Below are positions 1 to 12,730 of a stretch of 64,000 nucleotides of DNA, in pieces. The translations under genes and the position numbers were made by a program. Position 1 is the stretch's first letter, and each line of letters starts with the position of its first letter. The stretch comes from Diplonema japonicum (Eukaryota > Protista > Euglenozoa: Diplonemea), in assembly GCA_964019335.1 (NCBI GenBank), contig OZ025727.1, forward strand, positions 124,001 to 188,000, written 5' to 3'. A model generated the notes under the pieces. That model was not told the origin of the DNA, searched no databases, and worked only from the letters and a program-made list of their open reading frames with translations.

Positions 1-2
1 GG

Positions 3-143
3 GGTCTGGTTGCTGTGGAGAGGACGTCGAGGAAGGCCATCAAAGAGGCTTCTAAGTTGGACAGCAGGAGGGGCGTCCGTGTGCTCATGGAAGTCTTCGA
101 GGTCAGGAAAGACAAGAAGCCCGTGAAGTGCTCTATCTGCTAA
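3..143 (+). CDS. 3' end of a protein entering from the left edge, ending in a CaaX prenylation motif (CSIC*)
   Basis: Frame starting at 3 is open: GLVAVERTSRKAIKEASKLDSRRGVRVLMEVFEVRKDKKPVKCSIC-TAA. GC-rich coding-like composition, followed by an AT-rich UTR. Confidence 0.6.
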   Translation, partial: GLVAVERTSRKAIKEASKLDSRRGVRVLMEVFEVRKDKKPVKCSIC

Positions 144-511
144 AAGAAAGAAGGGAAAAAAAAATAGAAAACAACATCGAATCTTTAATGTTCTATCTCA
201 AAAAATCTCTTATTTCTCTTATTTTTCTTCAGCTGCACCGGCAGACATTTGATTCACGAAAAGAATAATACCCCCCCCCCCCCCCCCCCCTCTTTTATAT
301 TTCCCTTTAAAAGATGTTCAGACAACGCAACCAATTTCTTTTTTATTTTGTTCTTTTGCATCTAAAACGTTGGTTTTTACTTTTTTTTAAAAACGAGCCG
401 GGTTTTCAAGGTGTAACCAAAACTAGGATAATAATAATAAAAAAAGAAAAAACCCCACCCTTTCAAACCCGTCTCTCATTACAAATGAAAACAAGAGCAT
501 GCTTGTCACTT

Positions 512-606
512 GTGGTTGCAGGGGGGGGTTTTTTTTTTAAACTCAAAAATTATTTCCCGCGAAGTAAGATCCTGTTTCTCGTTCAAAAACCCCCCCCTGC
601 CACCAC
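512..606. mobile_element. Small MITE-like inverted-repeat element
   Basis: GTGGTTGCAGGGGGGGGTTTTT (512-533) is the near-perfect inverse of AAAAACCCCCCCCTGCCACCAC (585-606). No clear TSD. Confidence 0.4.
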
Positions 607-1058
607 GCGTAACATAATGATATCTTTGTCATTTAATGAACGGTTACCCTCCCCCCCTTTTTTTTACCAACCAGCTAACCAGAAATCGAGTTTATTGTAT
701 TTGAAGGGGCAGCAAGACTTTTTTGGCCGGGTCTAGGTACGCGACGACACCTCCCCTTAAGCGAGTCATTTAAAGGCAAACCTTGGCCGTCTGTCATCAG
801 TTCCCGCACAAGCAGACCACTCAAAAACAGCGATAACATGACCATGCGAGGTATACTCACTCCAATGTGTAGTTTGACTACACACACCGGGTCCCCGGTA
901 AGGGCCAGTAGGGAGTTTTTCACTTCACAGTATTTTGTTTCATTCCCTTCCCCCCCCCCCCCCCCCCCCCCCCGCTTCACTGGCAACCAATACCTCTAGG
1001 AGGGCGTAGGAAGAGAGGGAGGAGAGGAGAAAAACGAAAAAGAAAAAGAAAAAAAAAA

Positions 1059-2042
1059 ATGAAAGTCCTCGCAGCAGTCTGGTTCGCCGCCTGTCTAAAA
1101 GCAACGATCTGTCAGGAATGCATCGCGAATGAGTACTCGCTGTGTGTGGCTAACGGCAACAACGCTGCCACATGCAAAGCAACAACAGAACTCTTCGATA
1201 AAAGGGCAACCTGCGGCTGCAACGCACAAGTAGTAGGTGTATGTGCTATGGATCACAACTGCACGAGTTCTTGTCTATCCGCCATGGCCTCGGAGGGCTG
1301 CGAAGCATCATGGTGCACTCTGTCACTGGTGACAAAGACCACCAGGCTGACCACCGTCTACAGGTTCGCAAAAGAGACCAACGCCACCCAAGTCCAGCAA
1401 ATTCTCCAACCGATCCTGGATTACTTCCTCGCAATAAACCTTAAGACAACTATTGTTGTTTCAGACGTGTCCATCCCAACACCCACGCCCACCCTGCAAC
1501 CAGGCGCGACACAACAGGATGTTGATCGGATTTGCTCCGAAATGGTGTACACATCTGACTGTGAGAAGGGTACCATGGGTTACTGCAAGTGGACGGGAGC
1601 AGAATGTGTCCACAATGGTGCGCGGATCTCTTCACAGCCAGCAGCTCAACAGGAAGTAACTTCTTCGGGTAATGGACCGTGGGACGCTACTGTACAAGTT
1701 GTTATTCAAAACACGACAAAACTTATGCACAGTGATATCCCTGTCCTGCTCTCAGGTCTATTAGACAGTGTCGCCGCCTCTGTTCAGAACGCGGAGCTGC
1801 AGCGTGCTACAATAACCGAGGTTCTCGGGGAAGGAAGCGCTTCACCTAACGGCAGTCAGATGTCTACTGGAACCGCGATCGCCATCATGTCTGGCATTGT
1901 GGTCAGTATGCTGGTGTTGGGGTTTGCCGCGTACTTGTACTTCAAACGGGAGCACCAGGCGGAAAACAGGGTTGCCAGCACTCCTCAGAATGTGGAGCTG
2001 ACCGGGAAGACCGGAGACGAGGAACAGCAAAAAATGGGTTGA
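1059..2042 (+). CDS. Cys-rich type I membrane surface protein, family member 1 (one CxW module)
   Basis: Signal peptide, Cys-rich N-domain (CGC...C...SWC), one C-x8-C-x7-CKW-x4-C module, C-terminal TM and short tail. Homologous to six downstream genes. Confidence 0.9.
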   Translation: MKVLAAVWFAACLKATICQECIANEYSLCVANGNNAATCKATTELFDKRATCGCNAQVVGVCAMDHNCTSSCLSAMASEGCEASWCTLSLVTKTTRLTTVYRFAKETNATQVQQILQPILDYFLAINLKTTIVVSDVSIPTPTPTLQPGATQQDVDRICSEMVYTSDCEKGTMGYCKWTGAECVHNGARISSQPAAQQEVTSSGNGPWDATVQVVIQNTTKLMHSDIPVLLSGLLDSVAASVQNAELQRATITEVLGEGSASPNGSQMSTGTAIAIMSGIVVSMLVLGFAAYLYFKREHQAENRVASTPQNVELTGKTGDEEQQKMG

Positions 2043-2101
<59 letters not shown>

Positions 2102-2392
2102 TTGAGGTAGCATTGGGGTAATTACACGGCTCTTTTTTTTTTTTTCGTGTGTGTTTTATGTATTTTTTTTCGTGCGCTCGCTATGTTGTGGATGCGCCTC
2201 ATTGCTCAATTTTTCTTTTTTGTTATTTTTTTTTTCTCGAAATCGAGACAACTTTTTTTTCCCCCCTTCTTTCAAAGCTATTTCTAATTGTCGATACAGC
2301 GAGGAAAGAAAAAGAGAAAAAAGAAACCAAAAAAAAAAAAAAAAAAAAAAAGAAAGAAAACGACAAAAGTTCGAAAAAAGAAAAAAGAAACT

Positions 2393-2615
2393 TACTGTAA
2401 TACGAAAAATTACCGGAAGGAACAACTTTAAGGATCAAGGAAAATGAAAATGAAAGCACAATAACCTTAAAGTAAAACAAGAAGTGGTTAATGAAAAGCT
2501 TACAGGGTCACTGAAGAGTTTGGTTTTCTCTTGGCAGGGAGGCCCACAGCCCTTGAGGGGGAAATGTCCGGAAGGAAAATCATCCAGGCATTTTTCCTTT
2601 CGGTGATTTTCGTTT
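2393..2615. mobile_element. Degenerate MITE related to the 50753-50868 element
   Basis: The left end TACTGTAATACGAAAAATTACCGGAAGGA is inverted at TCCTTTCGGTGATTTTCGT. Internal AAATGTCCGGAAGGAAAA is shared with the 50.8 kb MITE. Confidence 0.45.
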
Positions 2616-2627
2616 TTTTTTATATAT

Positions 2628-3102
2628 GAGCTCGTCCGGAAAAAAATGTCAACAAATGACCCTCTTTTGCAACGGAAAATCCTCGGAAAATTTCTAAGTA
2701 CAAAAGTAGTCCGACACCACTTTGTGTGCAGAATTGCGGTCTGGTGTGTTCACCATTATAGGTCACAATGCGCGCCGTTTGTTTCATTTCTAAAACGCAC
2801 GTGCAAAAACATGCTCTTTAGAATGTTTTTTTTTTTTTTTTTTTTTTTTTTAGTTTTTAGCATTCGGAAATTGTAAATGACCCAGGCTCCATATTTCTTT
2901 TTGTTTTCTTCAATAGATGGGAAATCTGTGAAACTTAAGGGCCTGCCACCTTCATGGCAAAACAAGCATCGCAATTGAAAGAACGGCGTCATGTACACCA
3001 TATATGTCATCTTCCTATGGTTGCGTGGTGCTCTTTTTTTGCTCAAATAATCAAAACAAGAACTTTTCGGAGGTGCCCAAAAAAGTGTTGACGGACGAGC
3101 TC
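2628..3102. mobile_element. Non-autonomous TIR element, Sola-like termini
   Basis: TIR GAGCTCGTCCG...CGGACGAGCTC flanked on both sides by ATAT (4-bp TSD). GAG...CTC ends and 4-bp AT-rich TSDs are typical of Sola; the superfamily call is inference. Confidence 0.6.
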
Positions 3103-3121
3103 ATATTACTTTTTTTTTTAA

Positions 3122-4979
3122 CCACTAAAGGACCATGAGGACATATGTGTCCTTAAGAAAAATTATCTTTTCTATGTGACACTTTTTGTGCCACACAGCC
3201 CCTGGACTTTACTAAGACCCATTGCTCCGCGATTTTTTTTTAATTTGAAATACCCTTTTGCGCGAAGAACAAACACAAAAACCCGTCCCCAAGGGGGTTG
3301 CTTGGTGTCCTTTTGTACTTATTTGAGAGCAGCTTCTCAGGACCTTCTCAAGTGCTTCTTCCAACTCCAGTACCACCTCAGATTAGGGTGGTGTGCGCTG
3401 GGGGACAAATATCAACCGTATACCGGCCAGGAAGTGACATGGGTACAGGGGTCCAGCAACATCGAACAGCAACATGGATAGGCTACAACTTTTCTGTTTG
3501 TTTATCACAAACAGCTTGCTGAGGTCCATTATCAGCTGTTCGAAGGTGTATGCCACATCCAAGGGCACCACATCCAAGGGCACCACATCCAAGGGCACCA
3601 CATCCAAGGGCACCACATTCGACGCAGACGTGGTACAACTGAACACCTGGATCGCCGTCTGGGTTCTGCCCGCCTTGATGGACGAAGTCTGCAGGGCGGG
3701 CGTCAAGGACTGCTGGTCTACAAAGGAAGAGATTGCAACGCCTTACATAGGCCGTGTCCTGGGCCGCGCCACATTTATCCATATCTTCTTGTTGTGTCCA
3801 CTTTGACTCACAGGGCAACGGGACACTATCAAAAGTGGAGATGCTGCATTCCCGGACTCCCCCAGCTGGAAAGCTGCATACCACCCCCGGTCAAGGGCTG
3901 AGCATTGATTCGCTCCTTCTCCCGCCTTAAGCACAGCGTTTTTCGACCAGCTAAACGCAAGCGCTATGGCTTTAAGGTGTACACCGTCGCATTCATGCAC
4001 AGGGTGCGCGCTTAACATTAGAATTTACCCTGGTGGGGACCCGGAGGACACGGTACCATGTCTTCTGCGACAGTTCGAGCATCGTGGTCATTGGGTTGCG
4101 ATGGATAATCTTTATTCTAATTACCAGCTCTTCTGCTCTCTTTTGAGTATGGGTATGCATGCTATCGGAGGTTCAGCGCAACAGAAAAATACAACCCCAT
4201 GGGCATGGTTCAACTCCGGAAGACGACAGTGGGCAGAAAAACGAAAAAGGAGGCCAGCAAACAAATCTCACGCCATGACAGAGTCATGCGGCAGAGTTCG
4301 GACAGCATCCGGTTCCTCTTGTGGCACGGCCGTACTAAACCCGTGTTAACCTTTTCGGCTTTGCCTATAATTTTGCCTTTATTCTCTACGACTTTGCCTA
4401 TAGTATGAAATTCACCTCAAGGCTGTGCCAAAAATAAATTTGATAAATTTCGGTGTGCGGGTGGGTGCTCACCGTTGGAAATAAAAAAAAAACAATTTTA
4501 CACCTGCAAAACGTGCAATGTTGCCCTGTGCCCTGAGTGCTTTGAGATTTTTCATACAAAAAAATGACTACCCTGACATGGTAAAATACCGACAATTCTG
4601 GGGACGCTTGAAAAAAAAAGAATCCTCAAAGGCTCCAGCGTCCGCCAGGACCCAATGTTGGAAGAAAATCGACATCTGTGGGAAAAAAAAAAAGTGGGGG
4701 AGGCTGTCCTCTGCCCAAGCGCCCTCGAGTGGGTTGAGCAAGGTCGCTCGCGACACTCAGTACTTTGTCGTATATTTCCTCTCCCGGCCCCGTATGAACA
4801 CTAAGTAAGCCCCCCTGCATGAAAAATAAATTGTTTTTTTTACCCCCTGGGTCACGTGCTTTTTAAAGGGTATAGTGTACTTTCCTATGGTTAAACTCTC
4901 GCATTTTTTTTTTTCCCCCGGGTTCGTAAATAGACGGTCCTTGGCACTTTTTTCGCCAAAACCCCCGGTCCTTTAGTGG
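3122..4979 (+). mobile_element. Degenerate piggyBac transposon
   Basis: TTAA TSDs (3118-3121, 4980-4983) and 13-bp TIR CCACTAAAGGACC/GGTCCTTTAGTGG. Frameshifted PGBD transposase fragments (DCWSTKEEIATPYIGRVLGRATF; GHWVAMDNLYSNYQLFCSLLSMGMHAIG). Confidence 0.9.
3553..3618 (+). repeat. 15-bp tandem repeat inside piggyBac
   Basis: CCACATCCAAGGGCA x4 plus a partial copy. Confidence 0.95.
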
Positions 4980-6215
4980 TTAAAACAATTCTAGTGTTGG
5001 GATGACAGTACTAGTGTAATTGTTCTTCTTTGAACAGTGAGCCCCCCCTCCCTTCCCCCGCGCACACTGAAGTTTTATGTGCAACAAAAAAAGAAAAGAA
5101 AAAAAAGGGGGGGGGAACTATTTTCTTAGTTCAGAACACATCTATATATATTATTATATGTTTTTTTATTACAGTGAAAGCATATTCCCCCCCCCCCTGC
5201 TTTCTTGTTACCTTGGTCTTTTTTTTCTTCTCCCCCCCCCCCCCCCCTAAAGTTTAAGGTGGACACTTGGCAATGAATGCCAGTTGACTATATAGAGGAA
5301 TTGAAAAAAAAGAAAAAAAAAAAAAAAAACAAAGATCCCTCCAGGTTGGAGGAGATGCGCTCTTTTAGTTTTTTTTTGTTTGTTTTTGTTTATGTTTTTT
5401 TTTTTTTTTTTTATGTTGTTTGTGTGTCTCTTTCGAAAAATGCAGCAAGACCCCTGGCCGGGTCAAGGTGCGAACGACACATGTTAGCCTTCTTCTTTCT
5501 CCCCCCTCCCCCCCCCCCATTATTAACACTCCCCCCCCCCCCCCTTAAGCAAGTTATTTCGCCATGTCTGGACCATTGGCAGCGGTTATTTGTTCCCTCA
5601 CTCAATTTTTTTTTTTTTTTTCCCACGACCCCATATCTCTGGGACCCTTTCTGGGGTTGGGGGGAAAAAAAAACCTCTTTTTTTTTCGTTTACTACATGG
5701 CCTGCGTTAGAACGCAAGCATAACGTTATCAAAATTGATATTTTTAAAAATACCCGGTACCAAATCCCAGAACACAAAAAAAAAAAAAGCCCATAATCTT
5801 GTTACGTACCCCGTTATTTGAAACGATATCGAATTAAAAATAACTTTATTTTTAATTCGGGACAAAATATTTTTAAAAAAAATAACGTTATTTTTCTTTT
5901 TTTTTTTTTAACTCAGAATAACTGTTTTAATTCTGCGAATGACCCCCGAGGATTTTTGCCATGTCGGGAAAATGCCGGCGCGCACCATAAAAAAAAAAAA
6001 CCTTTATTTTTAAGAAATTATTATTCTTTTGCTTGAACAAGAAAAAACAAATTTTATATATATTATATAATGCATGGTTGCATTGTGTTTTCTTCTTTTT
6101 TTTTTTCTTTCTTCTTTTTTACAAGAACGAGTCTTTGACTTGAATTGTCTAAACAAAAGGGGAACGTTGGCAAGTTTTCACCAAACAACGGCCCAGTTCC
6201 TCTTTTCTTTTCTTT

Positions 6216-7322
6216 CAGGAAGCACCTGAAGGTCCACCTGCGAACGGCCCTAGAAGAGAGCAGACCCTCCTTTCAGGGGAACATCGACGAGAAGGCCACC
6301 AACGAGCTACACTTGCACCTGGCGACCCGAAATCCGCCTAAAGCTCGAAGGGTGCTACAGGTGATAGTGGGGGCCGTTTTCCCGTTCCATCCCAAGGTCA
6401 TCAACGACACGGACGGGGGGCGGACGAAATGCATGGGATGCGACGCTACTTTCGACATTTCGCAACATACGTCAAGGCTCCTGGAGCACACCCTCTGGGA
6501 CTGCCAGGCGCACGAGCACATCAGGACAGCATCCGAGAAGCGGGCGGCACTATGCGCACAACGTAACCAGTGGCCCCGGTGCACACAACTGCATGGCATT
6601 GCGACGGGGGGGCTCGTGCTGGAAACAGCTGAGTTACAGCTAATGATGGCGGAAATTACTGGCAACTTGCAGCTCGCCTTTGCACGAAAGAAGACAGTGG
6701 ACTTCAGTGTTCACTTGTGGAACAGGCCCTTCGAGAAGGGGTGTCTGCTCAAGCCGCGGTCACTGAGGTGGTACTACGACAACGGTTTGAGGCAGCAGTA
6801 CCTCCCGCGGCTGTTCCCGCACGTCATCCGATGGCTCTCGGCCCTTCACTGGGGCACAACAGGTGGACAGGTCTCCAGGCTTGAGCTGGCCGTAGACTTC
6901 ATTGCCACAGAGGGACTCTCGCCTTGTGGAGAGGGTGAGGACATCCAGGAGAGCGCGCGTGTCATAGGCCGGGTGATAACGGCACTAGAACGCATCCACA
7001 CCAATAAGCGCATAGCGCCCCTCATTCCAGCTGCTTCGGTAGACTCTGTCCACTCCCTACGCACGTTGGGTTACTACAACGGCTCCATAAGGGGCTACTC
7101 CTCTAGACCGGTATTCGCCTCCCCGGCGACCCGCCACATCCTTGAGAAACAACTGTACAACTATTGTGTCCTTACCAACTCGGTTGAGGGTTTCATACCA
7201 AAGGTACCGAGGAGGGTGAACGAGGGGCCGAAGGCCACACCACAACAGAAAGGTTCGATCAAAAGATAGATTGAGACTCTTCAGGCGTCCTGTCACATAC
7301 CGCAGGTACCCTTAAATGTCTC
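6216..7322 (+). mobile_element. 5'-truncated non-LTR retrotransposon (ORF2 C-terminus plus 3' hairpin, family A)
   Basis: About 350 open codons lacking an N-terminal Met, with a LINE-type CCHC finger (CMGC-x15-HTLWDC) and an RWL...LELAVDF motif. Stop at 7269, then a hairpin (7273-7322) and poly(T). Pyrimidine tracts on both flanks. The RT domain is absent. Confidence 0.7.
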
Positions 7323-7792
7323 TTTTTTTTTTTCTTTTTTTTTCCTTTTTTTTTTTTTTTCCCTTTTTTTTTTCTTCTTCTTTTGACAAGCAGCAAATCT
7401 CCTTGGTCTTTAGAGATACAATGGTCCCCCCCCCCTTTTTTTTCCTTGGGTTGTTACTGTTACTTACATTTCTTCCCAGGGGATCCTTTCCCCCCCCTTT
7501 TTTATTTTTTTTATATAAATAACAATTATTGTCATAGCTACAAAGAGTTGAGGTAGCATTAGAGTACCTCCTACAGGGCTACAGGTACTCGGCACGAAAC
7601 AACCTCTTTGTCCTTTTGTCAAAGCCATCGCATGATTCCCCAGGAAGGCCACAGCGAAAATTGGGTAACATGAACAATCGAAGGCCCCCCCCCCCCCCCC
7701 CCCCCCGAGGCCGAGGGGAAAATTTTAAATTGTTCTGCCTCTATGTTATAGACTCCCTCTCTCTCTTTCCCCACCTTTTTTTTTTTCTTCTC

Positions 7793-7828
7793 ACGGTGAG
7801 CACCCACCCGCACACCGAAATTTATCAA
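7793..7828 (+). mobile_element. Short hairpin retroposon end, family B (other copies at 4441-4477 minus, 5032-5078, 8719-8755, 29926-29976)
   Basis: ACGGTGAGCACCCACCCGCACACCGAAATTTATCA is embedded in T-tracts. An identical inverted copy lies at 4441-4475; the other three copies are diverged. Confidence 0.65.
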
Positions 7829-7910
7829 TTTTTTTTTTTTTTTTCAAAGCTCCTTTTTTTGTATTCTTTATATGTTCTTTTAATTCCTTGTTTTCCTTGC
7901 TCTGCTATAA

Positions 7911-7941
<31 letters not shown>

Positions 7942-8505
7942 TAAAATTTATTTATTTATGGTTTTCTTCTTCTTTTATTCCCCCCCCCTTCTTTTAATAT
8001 TTATGGTCTATTATTTCGCTATTTGTCAAAAAAGACAACCCCCCCCCCCCCAAAGAAATTGAACTATTTCAAAAAAAAAGATTCATTACGAACGATAGAA
8101 GTGCCCTGGAGTGTGTAAATTCGAAAGAGTTCATTAAAAGTGTTGAATTGCTGAAGGGACGCTTTTTTTTTCTCTCTCTCTCTCTCTCTCTCTCCCCCCC
8201 GGGCCCCTGCCTGTTTTAAAGTTTAAGAAGACGTGCAAGAAGGTATCCTATTTCGGTCAGTTTTTGACTATCGATTACCAGGGGGGGGGGGGGGGGGATT
8301 TCTTCAAAAAAAAGCCTTTTTTTTCAAACTTGCAAGTGGTTGCCCTTGCTGTTGAAGCTATTCATACCCCCAAGTTCTGTTTTCTTCTCTTTTCTTTTTC
8401 TTTTTCTTTCTTTTTTTTTTTTTTTTTGTTTTTGTTTTCCTAGTCATGTTGACAAAAAGACAAGGGCCAGCGGGCCACCGACAGCCTTTGTCTTTCTCTG
8501 AACTT

Positions 8506-8537
<32 letters not shown>

Positions 8538-8890
8538 TACATAGGCCCGACGGCACATGATTACGACAGGAGTCGACTCTTCTCCTCGAGCCAAACAGCC
8601 CCCTACCTAGCACGACCCCATGTAATGTTCCTCGCCCAGATGCCGTCCATCTCATCGCGACAAACAGCCACCAGACAGCTATTGCAGAATGGTGACCGAT
8701 TAGTGTGAATTTCTTTCTGAACAGTGAGGACCCCCATGCACACTGAAACTTTATCGTTTTCTCCCCCCCCCCCCCCCCCCTTCTAGTTCAAGTGCTTTTT
8801 GCCGTTTTGTCAGAGCGTCTTTTGCTAAAGGGCAGCAGAGAAAAAATAGTAGCACTCCTTTCTCATTTTTTATGTCTTTTTTTTTTTTAA

Positions 8891-10661
8891 CCCATAACAC
8901 TCCGGGGCCTATCTACATAGGGGTCCCTTTTTTGCTCCTTTTCATAATCTGAGGGGAAAAATGGCAGCATTCAACCCCCGTTTGCAGGTAAAACGGGTTT
9001 TTTGGGCCAGGAAAATTAAAAAGAAAGTTCAAAAATTAATAAAAATACAAAGGGGATGAAGAGTTGAATGGCCGTAGGGTGCTCAAAAACGACCATGTCA
9101 AAATGGGTTGTGCACGGGGGGGTGTAAATTGAGCATCCTGGGACAAAAAAGGCAGCATCAGGACCCCTCAGATGTCTCAGACCGAGAGAAGTGCCTATTT
9201 GCGGGTGGAATATCGGCCTCGAAATCGTCAAGAGGCCTTTTTGGGGTGATGGAAGAGTGGTACGAAAAAAGCACTTATTTGGACAGAGGTGTTGGTTTCA
9301 GGTGTAGCATTTGTAGATTGTGCGTTTTGTGCATTCTTTCAACCTGCAGACCCTGGAGGTGCCCCCTTTGAGTGGCTAGCGGTCACGTTTGGTGTAATCT
9401 GGGGTATCGGGTGTGTGTGCACCACTAGTTGGGTGCCGGGAGTGGTGTTTTTGCAACGTTGGACCCATCAATTAGGCTCTCTCGAAAGCGCTCTTTAAAG
9501 CAGCCAGGGTTGTGTATCTCTTTGGCATCCCTGAACCATATTTTATTTGAAGTGCATGGCAGTTAACTATTGTCACTTCTAGGGCCCACCAGAAGAGTCC
9601 GCAACACCCAACGAAATGCAAGCCCCTCACAGCAGGGCTTCGGCCAGACCCACAGTCGAAAAGTAGCTATCGCAAACTACCGTGTTGTCATTTCCCCGGA
9701 AAGGCTCTGTTAACCCCAGCCCCGCTTTTTCCACAACACTGAAGTCTTCAAGTGCGTGCCCCTCGATTTTGGTGGATGTGAAACGCAAAAGATAACCCGT
9801 GCTCGCGCAGTTTAGGCAGTAGATTTTTATGCCATATCTTTTACGCTTGAAAGGACAGTAGACCCGCAGCCCCCAATTGCCCCGTGAAGGTACGAGTGTC
9901 TCGTCAATGCTTAAATATTTTCCTGACACTGCTGCTTTTGCCCACTTGTCACCAATTCTGTCCAGAAACCCTCGTATCTTCACAACACATCACCGTTTGA
10001 CTCTTCTGTGTGAGTGAAGCGGAGGCTACTTTTGATTTCCCAGTAGCGTCTCCTGGGCATCGTGTTACTGAAAAGGGGGATTTTCATGGGTCCTGTGGAC
10101 CAATACGACTGCTGATTCTGGGCACGCCGTAAACCCATCGCAATGCTCAATCCGAGTAAGCGGTGGAGTCCTGGGTCGAAATTTTATCAATCTCAGCGTC
10201 CTTTTGCCTGTTTGTCTCTTCTTGGATGACGTCTGTTAGCTTCTTATAAAAAAACCGAAAGGAATAACCATTTTGCGTCGTCAAGTTTCTGCGTACCACG
10301 GGACAGCTTTTTTTCTCCCCACTGGCCTATTTTATGGTCTCTATGGGTACCAACTCCCTTACCCATGAAGGTTGGACCTCGTCCGTAGCTGTTTTGGCTT
10401 TACCTTTGCGTTTTTTGGGAACAATTTGGGCACAGTATGCACACCCGTTATTTTGCGTTTTTAGCCTATCTACTCGGATTTGGGACCCACTTGGTGGGTG
10501 GATAACAAGGTAAAGTGATGCAGCGCAGCATTAATTGCAGTTGAAAATAACTCCTCACTATAGTCGTGCTTGGAGATCCAGGGGTCGTGGGGACGAAAAA
10601 GTACTTAGAGAAAAAACGATTTTTCAAAACGACAAATATTTTCGCCTTGGAGTGTTATGGG
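8891..10661 (-). mobile_element. Degenerate piggyBac transposon (second family)
   Basis: TTAA TSDs (8887-8890, 10662-10665) and TIR CCCATAACACTCC/GGAGTGTTATGGG. Minus-strand PGBD transposase fragment (LSIDETLVPSRG...YCPFKRKRYGIKIYCL...VVCDSYFSTVGLAEAL). Confidence 0.93.
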
Positions 10662-10943
10662 TTAAATTAAAAAAATTAAAGCGACCCCCCCCCCCCCCCC
10701 TCCTCCCCACCACCTGACACGAACGCCTCAAATGGCTAACACAGCGTTCGCCACATTGGATTCTAAGATCACCCGAACTGGCTTCAGAAGGCAGGCAGGA
10801 TGACATCTTGGCACCCTTCCCCCCCTCCCCATACCCGCACACTGGAATTGTTTCGATTTTTTTTTAAACTCGCTTTTGCAAACACAAAAAAAAAAAAAAA
10901 AAAAAAAAAAGTTGAAGAAGACAACAACAACAACAACAAAAAA

Positions 10944-12446
10944 ATGCAAACGCTATTCGCAACGTGCCTACTGGTGCTTGTCGCAAGGTCAGCAGCGCAG
11001 TGTGACAATGCCGGGTACAACCAATGCCTGGCACAATACAATAGTACACGGTGCTTGTCCTACGAATTCTTCGAAGGGGATGCTTTGTGTGCGTGCCAAG
11101 CCCAGCACGGGGTGTGCGCGAATATGTACAACTGCACACCCAGCTGCATCACCACGATGGCTGCAAGCAACTGCGGGGCAGAATGGTGTTCTGTCATAGA
11201 TGTGACAGACCCCATCAGGCTCACCACTGTCTACAGGTTCTCGCAAACCATCACCATCGAAGTGCTGCGGAATCTTCTCTTGACAATACTGTCGCCTGTA
11301 GTACGCGGTGAATGGCTGGACGTGAGTGATGTACTTGATGTCTCTGTCCCCACCCCACCCCCGACACTGTCACCCGGCACCACTCCATCGCAGATAGACG
11401 ATATGTGTGCCATGGAAGTGTTTAAGTCTGACTGTGAACAAAACACCCACGGCTACTGTACATGGGCGGGTAGTTCGTGTGTCGGCAACGGCAAACAAGT
11501 ACCATCACCCCCGTCCACTCCGGATCCTTCAGTCCCAGTACCTACCCCAGTTAATTCCGATGACGTGCGGGTAACACTGTGTGCGCATAGTGCGCAGGCA
11601 GGGCTTTGCACCACCAACTTGTGTGTGATGTCCAATGGGAAATGTGTACCCGACCCGAGCTACCCTGTTTATTCTGTAAGCAGGTACTGTTCTTCTATAC
11701 CGGAAAAGAACTGTCCGTTTATTTACGATCTTTGTGAATGGAGCAACGGGAGGTGCGTTGTGAACACAAAGCCGCCTGGTGAGGACGTGAGGCCGATCAT
11801 GTGCAGCTCCGGGTCGCTGTGCTCGAACACCGGCAACACGTATTGCATCATGGTAAATGGGGAGTGCGTTGCGAACCCAGACGGCCCGTCTGTCTCAGCA
11901 AACATGTTGTGCCATATAAACACAAACTTCCAAGAGTCATGCACTAGCCTGTCTTTCTGTACATGGACAGGCGACACTTGTATTGCAGCATCAACAGGAC
12001 ATAGACTCGCCGAAATTCTTGAAGGAGGGCCTTGGGAGGTGGAAGTACACATAACGCTACAACGAAACACTACCATCAATACCGGCCTGCCATCTGCTCT
12101 CGCACAGCAGATGGACAATGCGGTGTCATCCGTGACAGGTGCAGTAGTCCACAAGGCAACTATAGTAGAGACAGAAGGCCAAGGGGAGGTCAATGATGGC
12201 GATGATGATGGCCTGTCAGCAGGGGGCATCGTGGGGATTGTTATTGGGTCTGTAATTGTACTTGCTCTGGTGTGCCTCATCATTTCGCTTGTGGTTATTA
12301 AGAAGAAGGCGGGTGTTGCGCCGCCCGTAGATCATGAACCTGCAGGTGAAGAACCAAAAGCTGTCGGAACCGATGGAACAAAGCAAGTTGTAGATAATGA
12401 GGAACCAAAAGCTACCGATACTGTAGAAGATAAGTCTGATGTTTGA
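10944..12446 (+). CDS. Cys-rich type I surface protein, member 2 (five Cys modules)
   Basis: Start reassigned to MQTLFATCLL (signal peptide after an A-rich leader). Same architecture as member 1; TM GIVGIVIGSVIVLALVCLIISLVVI-KKK. Confidence 0.9.
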   Translation: MQTLFATCLLVLVARSAAQCDNAGYNQCLAQYNSTRCLSYEFFEGDALCACQAQHGVCANMYNCTPSCITTMAASNCGAEWCSVIDVTDPIRLTTVYRFSQTITIEVLRNLLLTILSPVVRGEWLDVSDVLDVSVPTPPPTLSPGTTPSQIDDMCAMEVFKSDCEQNTHGYCTWAGSSCVGNGKQVPSPPSTPDPSVPVPTPVNSDDVRVTLCAHSAQAGLCTTNLCVMSNGKCVPDPSYPVYSVSRYCSSIPEKNCPFIYDLCEWSNGRCVVNTKPPGEDVRPIMCSSGSLCSNTGNTYCIMVNGECVANPDGPSVSANMLCHINTNFQESCTSLSFCTWTGDTCIAASTGHRLAEILEGGPWEVEVHITLQRNTTINTGLPSALAQQMDNAVSSVTGAVVHKATIVETEGQGEVNDGDDDGLSAGGIVGIVIGSVIVLALVCLIISLVVIKKKAGVAPPVDHEPAGEEPKAVGTDGTKQVVDNEEPKATDTVEDKSDV

Positions 12447-12730
12447 TATTTTCTTCGCAAACTATTTTTTTTTTTTCCCCCTTTTTTTTTTATTCCCCTC
12501 TTTTTTTCTCTCTTTTTTTTTTTCTTTTTTAAATTATGATGCCTTGCCCATAAAATGAAAAGAAATATTTCTTGCCATCTTTATTTTCTTTTTTTTTTTT
12601 CAATTTTTTTTTTTAAATTTGAACAACGAAAAAAGTGACGATAATTGTCATCGTCAACTCTCTTTTCTATATTTTTTTTCTCCTCTCCTTTTTTTTCTCT
12701 CTCTCTCTCTTGTTCTTGGATGAGTTGGTT

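Noticed and set aside
6145-7269. Host gene of 374 aa
   Set aside because: The listed start is a TTG in repeat DNA. The content matches a LINE ORF2 C-terminus with decayed homologues elsewhere in the window.
7273-7340. Rho-independent terminator (hairpin plus T-run)
   Set aside because: The context is eukaryotic. The same hairpin is dispersed and insertion-polymorphic, so it is better explained as a retroposon 3' end.
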